Program-made: the position numbers and the translations under genes | Shown: positions 39,033 to 49,904 of the stretch, piece after piece | Layout: each line of letters opens with the position of its first letter | Numbering within the stretch: position 1 is the first letter of the stretch | The notes under the pieces: model-generated | Databases searched by the model: none | What the model was told of the DNA's origin: nothing | The model's input: only the letters and a program-made list of their open reading frames with translations | Source: Tubulanus polymorphus | Taxonomy: Eukaryota > Animalia > Nemertea | Assembly: GCF_964204645.1 (NCBI RefSeq) | Contig: NC_134028.1 | Location: forward strand, 13,253,263-13,317,262 | Reading direction: 5' to 3' | DNA: 64,000 nucleotides

Positions 39033-39860
39033 ATGGAAGCAAATAAGAAGTACTACTGTCCAACATGTAAAATCAATATAGATAAATCCCAAAAAGCAAT
39101 AAAACTAGAACACATTTAGAAAATAAATTTAAGTTAGAATATAAAGATGATATAAGCTTATTAGAAACTAAATTAGATGAATTAAAGAATGAAAAAGAAA
39201 TATATAAATGTGATACATGTAATCAATCATTCAGTGATAAAAGATATTATAAAGAACATTTGTAATCTAAAAGTCATATTAGAAATATGAATAATGATAA
39301 CTTATTTTCATTAGGCCTATTTAACATAAGAAATTATATCTCAGCAACAAATTTAGTGTATGGAAGACAATATAAAATTGATCATATTTTTATAATCAAT
39401 CAAATATTATCAAATGTAGCATATTTAATTATTGAACTGATGGATAATGGAATCAAAAATCCTAACATATTTAATACAGTTTTAAATTTTAAAGGAACTT
39501 TAGATGAAAACATTCTTAAAACTCCTTTCAATGAAAGAAAAAGTGATATAATACTTTCTAAAGATTACAATGATTTGATTTACTTAAGAATTGAAAAAAG
39601 ACAATTATATTATTTCAATTTTGATAATAAACAAATCATCTATAATGAAAATTCATCAAATAGGCCTATTGGTATTCAATGTAAATTAGATAATGAACAA
39701 TCATTCAAAGATGTTGCAGTTCAATGTAATTTAGATTATGAATTTAGAAAATTCAATCCTAATGAAAAAGTGTATTGTTATTGTGGTGGCAAATATTTAA
39801 AATCACATAAATAAAGCATTATCAGACAATCAACCATATCGAATATGAAATGAATAATAA
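39033..39860 (+). pseudogene. C2H2 zinc-finger protein, virus-like, disrupted
   Basis: YYCPTCKINI; YKCDTCNQSFSDKRYYKEHL*SKSH; VYCYCGGKYLKSH; stops and frameshifts. Confidence 0.55.
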
Positions 39861-40580
39861 TTCTATATTGAAATAAGATTAAGCTGTATGTTTCAAATAT
39901 CATAACTCAAAAATTATAATTCAACTCTAAATATTCATATTCAAAATAAGATATTTCAAATTACTTAATTTTTTTCTTTAAATAAATGGATGATTTCAGC
40001 ATTCCAATTGGAAAAAGTGATTTGAAACATTATTTAGTGGCTGGAGGTTTAATATTGGCTGCGCTTTTCTTATCAGTAAGGATTTGATTAATGAAAATAT
40101 TAAATTGAGCAAGAAATTAAAGAAGTTAAATGGAAACAATCACAGAAATAAAAAGCATAAAAAAATTAATTTAGAAAATGATATTGAGGATTAAAACAGC
40201 ATCTTTTAATTTCACTTATTCTATATATTTTAACTATAAAAATGAGTGAAAATAAGGTAGGCCCTATTAGAAATATTACATCTAATATATAAAAATCAAC
40301 AGAATATTAAATCAATTATTATGATTTCAGGTTTATTTTCATTCTCAGTTTATACTATAAAACAGTTGTTAGAATTTTATGATAGCTGTAAAATTAGATA
40401 TACAGAATTGAAAGAAAATATAAATTATCTATCAGATCGAATAAATAATATCAAATGCTGTGAAATATGCAATAAAAAATATAAAAATAAAAAAAGTTTG
40501 AGAAATCACATGTATATTCATGAGCTTAACAATAAACTGTATATTTCAAATTAAGTTTTTAATAAAAATATCTATAATAA

Positions 40581-41069
40581 ATGGAACAGCCACAAACTAT
40601 AAATATTACGCATAGTGTTGTTAATATACATCAGAAGTCATGTTCTAAGTGTAAAATAAATAAGCCATTTACAGATTATTATAAATGTAATATTAGCAAA
40701 GATGGTAAAACTTATTATTGCAAAACTTGTTGTAAACTAAATAATAAACAATATCGAGCAAAAAATCCAGAAAAGTGGAAAGCTTATAATAAACAATGGA
40801 GAGAAAATCACTCAGATTATATAGCAGAATGTAAGAGAGAATGGAAAGATAATAATATAGAACATTATCATGAGTATCAAAATAATTATCATAAAGAAAG
40901 GTGAAGAACAGATTTTAATTTTAAATTGAAACAATGTTTAAGTTCAAGATTATCAAAATTATTCAGTAAAGATAATCAGTCAGAAACACTAACAAATTTA
41001 TTGGATTGTTCAGATGAATTTCTAAAATCCTGGATTATATTTCAGTTCAATGATGAAATGAATATTAAT
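40581..41069 (+). pseudogene. HNH endonuclease of giant-virus/phage type, truncated by HINE-A insertion
   Basis: KSCSKCKINKPFTDYYK....DG...YCKTC, K/E/W repeats, KER*RTDFNFKL...LSSRL, LLDCS.EFLKSWI.FQF.DEMN. The sequence ends just before the expected W.IDH motif. Confidence 0.7.
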
Positions 41070-43759
41070 AAATATAGCTGCAAAGCAGCGATAACGGGTT
41101 TTCTGCACAGTCTTAGAATCCTGTTCAACGGTGGATTTTAACAAAGCATTTGATAAGGCTCAACATCGGCCATTACTAAAGAGGCTATTAGGAAACAGTA
41201 TCAATGATAGGTCGTTTAAATGGCTCAGCAGTTATCTCTGAACGGAAACTTGTAACCGAAATCAACGGAACGCCTCCTCTTGGAATGAGACGGTCTAACT
41301 AGTGGAGTCACGCAAGGTAGTATCCTAAGTCGTCTTCTGTTTAATGTCCTGACAAATGACATACACAGTAATCCAAAATATACCAGACCGAGTAAATTTC
41401 CAAAACGACCTTAACACGCTGTTCGACCAAAAAACTTAATGTTCCGACAAAACCACGGGGACAAAACCAAAATTATGAATTGTCGCGGGTGACAAAACCA
41501 TAATATTGAATTGTCACGGGCGACAAAACAAAAATAATGAATTGTCGCGGGCGATAAAACCAAAATAATGAATTGTCGCGGGCGATAAAACCACAATAAT
41601 AAATTGTCGCGGGCGTTAAAACCAAAATATTGAATTGTCGCGGACGACAAAAACAAAATATTGAATTGTTGCGTGCGACAAAACCAGAATAATGAATTGT
41701 CCCGGGAGACAAAACCAAACTAGGGGTCCAGGGACACCATGCTCACTTGGGAAGTGGTTTCAAATGCTCAACAATCTAACAATTTCAATACATAACGCCC
41801 TCTAGTGACCATATACAAAAACCAATGACCTTGAAACCCACCACAATCATAGAACATGTGAGCAGCTATGATTTTGTAATTGATTGTGATAACAAAATAT
41901 GCCTCGTTACCAATTTACTATGGAAATACTAAGTTATTCTACTATTCAACGCCCCTGGTGACCATATGCAAAACCCAATGACCTTAAAGCTCACCACAAT
42001 CGTAGTACATGTCATGAAATACAACTTTGCAATTGATCATAGTAACAAAATATGCCTAGGTACCAATCTAATAAGGAAATACTAAGCCATTCTACTATTC
42101 AACGCCCCCTGGTGACTATATGGAATAACTAATGTCCTTAAAAACTCACCACAATCATAGACGATGTCATGATCTACAACTTTGCAATGGATCATGGTAA
42201 CAAACTATGCCTAGGTACCAATCTAATAAGGAAAAACTAAGCTTTTCTACTATTCAACGCCCCCTGGTGACTATATTGAATAACTAATGTCCTTAAAAAC
42301 TCACCACAATCATAGACGATGTCATGAACTACAACTATGATTGTCAGCGACTGTGTGCGACTAGTTTCTGCCAGTCGCAAGAGCACGTAGGTCGGTTGTG
42401 ACAGTCGTGTCGCGTTGCAGAAAGTAGAACACGTGCGACTCCTTGTCACTGGCGTTGCTGACAGTCACAACCTGTCGCAAGGGAGCGTAGGTCGATGAGT
42501 CGTTGCGACACAATCGTCGCTGGCGGTCGCAGTGAATGGCCTCGCAGTGAGTCACAAGCCATCGCAAGGCCGACCCACCCCGACCCACCCCCGGCTTAAG
42601 TCATAGGAATTAAAGAAATACCAGTTTCATTGATGATGAAAAGTCTGGCTTATAAAGCTGTCTGCTCGGACGAAATTTTCAAAAAAATCTTCATTTTTGT
42701 CAATAAAATTGATAATTGTGATTGATCGTTACAAGTCAGAACCAGTAAATCACTAATTAACATGCACTTTAATAAATCTGATTCCTCCTTTACAGTGAAC
42801 TTAGCTTTAACCTAGTAGAGGCTACTAGCCTATGTAGGCCTATGTATATGCGTAGGCCTAACATCCGGACAGATTGGTCGTGGGCCTATTGAATAACAAC
42901 CCTCCTAAATGTCGAAAATTTTGTTTTGAAGTTCAATCCAATGAGTCCGTTAATAAACGCAACAATTATACTGTGTTTGTTTGAGACAGTTAAGCTCAAT
43001 ACCGGTAGGCCTAAAGCCACGTAAAACTCGATAAACACTTCAAGCGACAAAGCGAACGATCTCCTTTCCCCCACAGCGAACGCTTACTCAAATTTGAAGT
43101 GTGACTCCAGCATACGGAAAGGAGTGTGTTATATACTTGTATTTAGTAAATACCTTGTGCATTTGACAATGATCGGTATGTACTGTAGGAAATATAGAGT
43201 ATTGATGGTATTGATATAGAGGTTGAAGCCCGCGGCCGAATAAAGTAATGTATTATTTTATTTTGATACCTCGTCGACATAACAGCTTTTCTCCGCTATA
43301 TCTCTTCGGCGTGTTTCGTTTAGACCTACGACTCCCCGGTACACTTATGATTTATCTTAGTAAATACACGGTTAATTTGATAAAGAAAAATAGGTATTGC
43401 TAAACTAACTGCATGACGCCCGCAGCCAAATCACTGGTAGTAATAAATTAATTTGTACTCGATTTGATTCCCATGATGAGGTGAAACTCGCAGCTGATCC
43501 CCGGAACGACGATGTAGTGACACACGTCGATTCGTCGATGTTTACGGCTCGACAGTGCTTTTAAAATCTAAAGTAGTAAATTTCCTGTATATCGGTAATA
43601 TGATTTTATGAAGAAAATGGGCTATTGTTAAAATTAGTTTTTTAAAACCGCGACAGAATGTGCAATCTTTGGGTAATAAATTTGTTAATCTATGCTTGAA
43701 TTGATAATTGATGTGACAAGAAACGTGCGGTAGATTTCGGAAAGAGGACTTAGAAAATC

Positions 43760-44080
43760 ACGATAGGTAGAACACAATATCCGTGTTGACGCGATGAGGA
43801 GAGAATCCCACAATGATAATAAAAAGTCCGAAAATGAAACTTCGAGATAGTAGTTTATTTCAACGTTTCGACTATATCCTAATAGTCATCTTCAGGAATA
43901 ATGAGATACTACAGAAATTATGAGATATATATACAATCCAGAGACAAAGAGACTAATTCAAGTAATCAGAGATGATACAACCTAAAGGAAAATTAACGAG
44001 ACCTAAAATCTGGCTCAGATATGTTGACGATGTTCTGGCTTTGGTTCCCTTTGACTTCAATGTTGATAACTTTCTTATAT
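43760..44080. mobile_element. Penelope-like element fragment: inverted pLTR plus RT stub
   Basis: Plus-strand KIWLRYVDDVLALVP (44003-44050) is preceded by an inverted pLTR carrying a hammerhead core. Confidence 0.8.
43853..43901 (-). ncRNA. Minimal type I hammerhead ribozyme
   Basis: Minus strand reads ttattc-CTGAAGA-t-gacta-ttaggata-tagtc-GAAAC-gttgaaataa: conserved core, 5-bp stem II, weak stem I, palindromic minimal stem III. Confidence 0.7.
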
Positions 44081-47000
44081 ATTTAAAATGACCTTGAAAC
44101 CCACCACAATCATAGAACATGAGAGCAGCTATGATTTTGTAATCGATTGTGATAACAAAATATGCCTCGTTACCAATTTAATATGGAAATACTAAGTTAT
44201 TCTACTATTCAACGCCCCCTGGTGACCATATGCAAAACCCAATGACCTTAAAACTCACCCCAATCGTAGTACATGTCATGAAATACAACTTTGCAATTGA
44301 TCATAGTAACAAAATATGCCTAGGTACCAATCTAATAAGGAAATACTAAGCCATTCTACTATTCAACGCCCCCTGGTGACTACATGGAATAACTAATGTC
44401 CTTAAAAACTCACCACAATCATAGACGATGTCATGAACTACAACTTTGCAATTGATCATGGTAACAAAATATGCCTTGGTACAAATATAGCAATACTAAC
44501 GTATTGTATTATTCAACGCCCCCTGATGGCCACATACAAAAACCAATGACCTTGAAGCTCACCAAAATCATAGAACACGTTATGGGCTGCAACTTTCCAA
44601 TTGAATATAGTAACACAATATGCTTAGGTATCAATTTAATGTGGAAAAACTTTTTCCCACCTACGAATGAGTACTGATGACACCAAGATGGCCGCCAATT
44701 GCGTCATAATTGGCTGATCAAAGATACCTGTCCCAGGTATAAAACATCCCTCTCTAAAGAATACCCATCAGCAATTGCAATGAGAAATGGCAAACCAGTA
44801 GGAAGCTACGTGACCTAGAATTCTGGCCAAAATTGACATTTTTGGGCACTAAAAAGGTCATAGGACGGCCATCTTGAGTCAGATCGACCCAATTTTCTTA
44901 TGCTGATGGGCCTTTGGTAGATTCAAATATAAACGAAAGATCAAGGTAATTGATCAAAGCGTCTTCAAAATTTCCCACGAAAACTTCGAAAATGTTTAAA
45001 AAGTGCTGATTTTGGCAAACAACAATGGCTGCCAGTCGGCCATCTTAAATCTGACAGGGCCAGTTTTTGGGCTGACGATGTGTCTAGGATAGATACATGT
45101 ATAAACCAAATATCAAGACATTACCTTGAAGCGTCTTCAAAACTTCCCAAAATAACTGGATTCCGTCTATGCACGGACGGACGGACGAAAAGTGAACGCA
45201 ATAGCCCGCTGGGACTAAAGTCCCAAGTGGACTGAAAAATAATTGTCGCGGGCGACAAAACCAAAATATTGAATTGTCGTGGGCGACAAAACCAAACTAA
45301 TGAATTGTCGCGGGCGATAAAACAAAAATATTGAATTGTCGCGGGCAATAAAACCAAAATAATGAATCCTCGCAGGCGACAAAATCAAAATAATGAATTG
45401 TCACGGGCGACAAAACCAAAATAATGTATCGTCTCGGGCGACAAAAACAAAACATTGAATTGTCGCGGGCGAGAAAATCAAAATAATGAATTGTCGCAGG
45501 CGACAAAACCAAAATAATGAATTGTCGCGGGCGATAAAAACAAAATATTGAATTGTTGCGGGCGACAAAACCAAAATATTGAATTGTCGCGGGCGACAAA
45601 ACCAAAAAAAAATTGGCACGGGCGATAAAAACAAAATATAAAACCAAAATAATGAATTGTCGTGGGCGATAAAACCAAAATATTGAATTGTCGCGGGCGA
45701 TAAAACCAAACTAATGAATTGTCGCGGCGATAAAACCAAAATAATAAATTGTAGCAGGCGATAAAACCAAAATAATGAATTGTCGCGGGCGACAAAACCA
45801 AAATTATTGTTCTGTCGCGTTATTTTAGTTTTGTCGTTTGGTCATAATGTCGCCCTCATTTGCATATACGTGTTTTTTTTACGCATGGCCCTTATCAGCC
45901 ACCATACTAAAGCCTAAAGGTCGCGTAAAACTCGATAAACACTTCAAGCGACACAGCGAACGATCTCCTTTCCCCCACAGCGAACGCTTAACCTAGTAGA
46001 GGCTACTAGCCTATGTAGGCCTTTGTATATGCGTAGGCCTAACATCCGGACAGATTGGTCGTAGGCCTATTGAATTTAACAACCCACCTAAATATCGTAA
46101 ATTTTGTTTTGAAGTTCAATCCAATGAGTCCGTTAATAAACGCAACAATTGTACTGTGTTTGTTTGAGACAGTAAAGGTCAGTACCGATAGGCCTAAAGC
46201 CGCGTCAAACTCGATAAACACTTCAAGCGACACAGCGAACGATCCCTTTCCCCCACAGCGAACGCTTACTCCGAATGTCAAGTGTGAGTCCAGCATACGG
46301 ATAGGATTGTGTTATATACTTGTATTTAATAAATACCTTGTGCATTTGACAATGATCGGTATGTACTGTAGGAAATATAGAGTATTGATGCTATTGATAT
46401 AGAGGTTGAAGCCCGCGACCGAATAAAGTAATATATTCTTTTATTTTGATACCTCGTCGACATAACAGCTTTTCTCCGCTATATCTCTTCGGCGTGTTTA
46501 GTTTAGGCCTACGATTCCCCGGTACACTAAAGATTTATCTTAGTAAATACACGGTTAATTCGGTAAAGAAAAATAGGTATTGTTATACTAACTCCTTGAA
46601 ACCCGCAGCCAAATCACTGGCAGTAATAAATTAATTTGTACTCGATTTGATTCTCATGATGAGGAGAAACTCGCAGCTGATCCCCGGAACGACGATGTAG
46701 TAACACACGTCGATTCGTCGATGTTTACGGCTCGACAGTGCTTTTAAAATCTAAAGTAGTAAGTTTCCAGTGTATCGGTAATATGATTTGATGAGGAAAA
46801 TGGACTATTGTTAAAATCACTGTTTGAAGACCGCGACTGAATGTGAAGTCTGCGGCAATAAATTAGTTCATTTATACTTGAATTGATAATCGAAGTGACA
46901 GTCGGCCTGCGGGTTGATTTCGGGATGACGACTCGAAAAACATGTCGCCCCATTGAATGGGGCTAAATTTTCGATGTTTACGGCCCGACAGCGCTTTTGT

Positions 47001-47204
47001 AACGATGATTCGTGAAAAAACACGCGGGCTATTTGTAGATCTCAGTGAGCTGAACGATATTATATGGATTGTATATGAAACAGCGGTAAGGTAAAAAAGC
47101 CTATGTTCTTTTGGTAAAAATAGTGTGGAAGAAAATAATAATAAATATAGCTGCAAAGCAGCGATAACGGGTTTTCTGCACAGTCTTTGAATCCTGTTTA
47201 ATGG

Positions 47205-47560
47205 TTAACACAGTTTTATAAGAGGAAGCTCGACAAACAGTCAATTAGACCTTCTTGAAGCCATGGACAACTGGACTTGATGTCCTATTTGACTCTGGAA
47301 AATGGAATGTTAGGCGATAATTACTCTTTATGATTTCGACAAAGCATTTGATAAGGTACAACATCAGCCATTACTAAACAAGGCTATTAGGAAACAGTAT
47401 CAATGATAGGTTGCCGAAATGGCTCAGCATTATATCTGAACGAAAACATGTAGCCGAAATCAACGGAACGCCTCATCTTGGAATAAGTCGGTCTAACTAG
47501 TGGAGTCACGCAAGGTAGTATCCTAAGTCGTCTTCTAATGTCCTGACAAATGACATAAAC
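47205..47560 (+). pseudogene. CR1/L2-like RT fragment captured inside HINE-A
   Basis: ST.SQL..LEAMDNWT; DFDKAFDKVQHQPLLNK; TSGVTQGSILSRLL. Shorter versions at ~25648-25880, 41134-41365, 49827-49900 and 59821-60052. Confidence 0.8.
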
Positions 47561-49904
47561 AGTAATCCAAAATATACCAGACCGAGTAAATTTCCAAAAC
47601 GACCTTAACACACTTTTAAATCAAAAAACTTAATGATCCGACAAGAAAATCTTGTACGCTTTTTGTTTGAACCAAAACTTTTCTTCATTCTGAAAGCTAT
47701 GTTATTGTTGAAATAAAAAACTCTTTGTCCCGGCAAAAAAATTTGGTTGAGCGAAAACAATTTTTTCGAACGAATGTTTGAATGAAAACAATTCTGTTCG
47801 ATTGAACAAAATATTTAATACTTTTGGTTCGGAGAAAAAACTTTTTACAATATACTTGTTCGAACGAAAAACTTAATGTTCTGACAAGAAAATTCTGTTC
47901 AAATTTAAACGATTCTGTTAGATCGAACGATTGTTCGAAAGAAAAAACCTTTTGTTTCAACAAAACAGTTTGTTCAACTTTGTTCTAACGATTTTTTCAA
48001 ATTGGTTCAATCGAAAAGAATATTATTGGTTCGAACGAAATAAATTTTATTCCGTAGAAATAATTTACAAGCGAAAGGTCTTTTGAACGAGAAATAAGAT
48101 ATTTCTGGTGCTCCGCAGTCACTCAAAGCCGGACGTAGGTTGGCCTTGTGACGCGATGCGATCCTCGTGTTGCATCGCAAGTTTCGGTGCAAATCGGTTG
48201 CGATACGATTGTCAGCGACTGTGTGCGACTAGTTTCTGCCAGTCGCAAGAGCACGTAGGTCGGTTGTGACAGTCGTGTCGCGTCGCAGAAAGTAGAACAC
48301 GTGCCACTCCTTGTCACTGGCGTTGCTGACAGTCACAACCTGTCGCAAGGGAGCGTAGGTCGATGAGTCGTTGCGACACAATAGTCGCTGGCGGTCGCAG
48401 TGAATGGCCTCGCAGTGATTCACAAGCCATCGCAAGGCCGACCCACCCCCGGCTTAAGTCATAGGAATTAAAGAAATACCAGTTTCATTTATGATGAAAA
48501 GTCTGGCTTATAAAGCTGTCTGCTCAGACGAAATTTTCAAAAAAATCACAATTTTTGTCAATAAAATTGATAATTGTGATTGATCGTTACAAGTCAGAAC
48601 CACCAGTAAATCACAAATTAACATGCACTTTAATAAATCTGATTCCTCCTTTACAGTGAACTTAGCTTTAACCTAGTAGAGGCTACTAGCCTATGTAGGC
48701 CTATGTATATGCGTAGGCCTAAAATCTGGACAGATTGGTCGTAGGCCTATTGAATAACAACCCACCTAAATATCGTAAATTTTGTTTTGAAGTTCAATCC
48801 AATGAGTCCGTTAATAAACGCAACAATTATATTGTGTTTGTTTAGTAAAGCTCAGTACCGGTAGGCCTAAAGCCGCGTAAAACTCGATGAACACTTCAAG
48901 CGACACAGCGAACGATCTCCTTTCCCCCACAGCGAACGCTTACTCCGAATGTCAAGTGTGAGTCCAGCATACGGAAAGGAGTGTGTTATATACTCGTATT
49001 TAGTAAATACCTTGTGCATTTGACAATGATCGGTATGTACTGTAGGAAATATAGAGTATTAATGGTATTGATATAGAGGTTGAAGCCCGCGGCCGAATAA
49101 AGTAATATATTCTTTTATTTTGATACCTCGTCGACATAATAGCTTTTCTCCGCTATATCTCTTCGGCGTGTTTAGTTTAGGCCTACGATTCCCCGGTACA
49201 CTAAAGATTTATCTTAGTAAATACACGGCTAATTCGGTAAAGAAAAATAGGTACTGTTATACTAACTCCTTGAAACCCGCAGCCAAATCACTGGTAGTAA
49301 TAAATTAATTTGTACTCGATTTGATTCTCACGATTCGTCGATGTTTACAGCTCGACAGTGCTTTTAAAATCTAAAGTAGTAAATTTCCAGTGTATCGGTA
49401 ATATGATTTGATGAGGAAAATGGGCTATTGTTAAAATCACTGTTTGAAGACTGCGACTGAATTTGAAGTCTGCGGCAATAAATTAGTTCATGAATACTTG
49501 AATTGATAATCGAAGTGACAGTCGGCCTGCGGGTTGATTTCGGAATGACGACTCGAAAAACATGTCGCCCCATTGAATGGGGCTAAATTTTCGATGTTTA
49601 CGGCCCGACAGCGCTTTTGTAACGATGATTCGTGAAAAAACACGCGGGCTATTTGTAGATCTCAGTGAGCTGAACGATATCATATGGATTGTATATGAAA
49701 CAGCGGTAAGGTAACAAAGCCTATGTTCTTTTGGTAAAAATAGTGTGGAAGAAAATAATAACAAATATAGCTGCAAAGCAGCGATAACGGGTTTTCTGCA
49801 CAGTCTTAGAATCCTGTTCAACGGTGGATTTCAACAAAGCATTTGATAAGGCTCAACATCAGCCATTACTGAACAGGCTATTAGGAAACAGTATCAATGA
49901 TGGC

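Larger units (their letters stand above)
38752..41069 (+). mobile_element. AT-rich virus-like (Polinton/NCLDV-type) gene cluster, decayed
   Basis: Very AT-rich, intronless, same-strand, closely spaced ORFs with AAATG starts (~39033, 39987, 40242, 40581). Several C2H2-like fingers. GC-rich terminus with ggacaac repeats at 38752-38835. Confidence 0.6.
41718..45240 (+). mobile_element. HINE family C inserted in the 31-bp satellite (rearranged internally)
   Basis: 5' subTIR cacttggga (41744); ~154-bp core tandem repeats; (ACGG)n at ~45173; 3' hairpin tgggactaaagtccca with subTIR tcccaagtg (45221); A-tail. Confidence 0.85.

Noticed and set aside
46055-47156. Recurrent ORFs (MSPLINAT..., MGRHVFRVV...) conserved in several places
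   Set aside because: Recurrence reflects HINE-A copy identity; frames differ between copies and no domain is recognisable.
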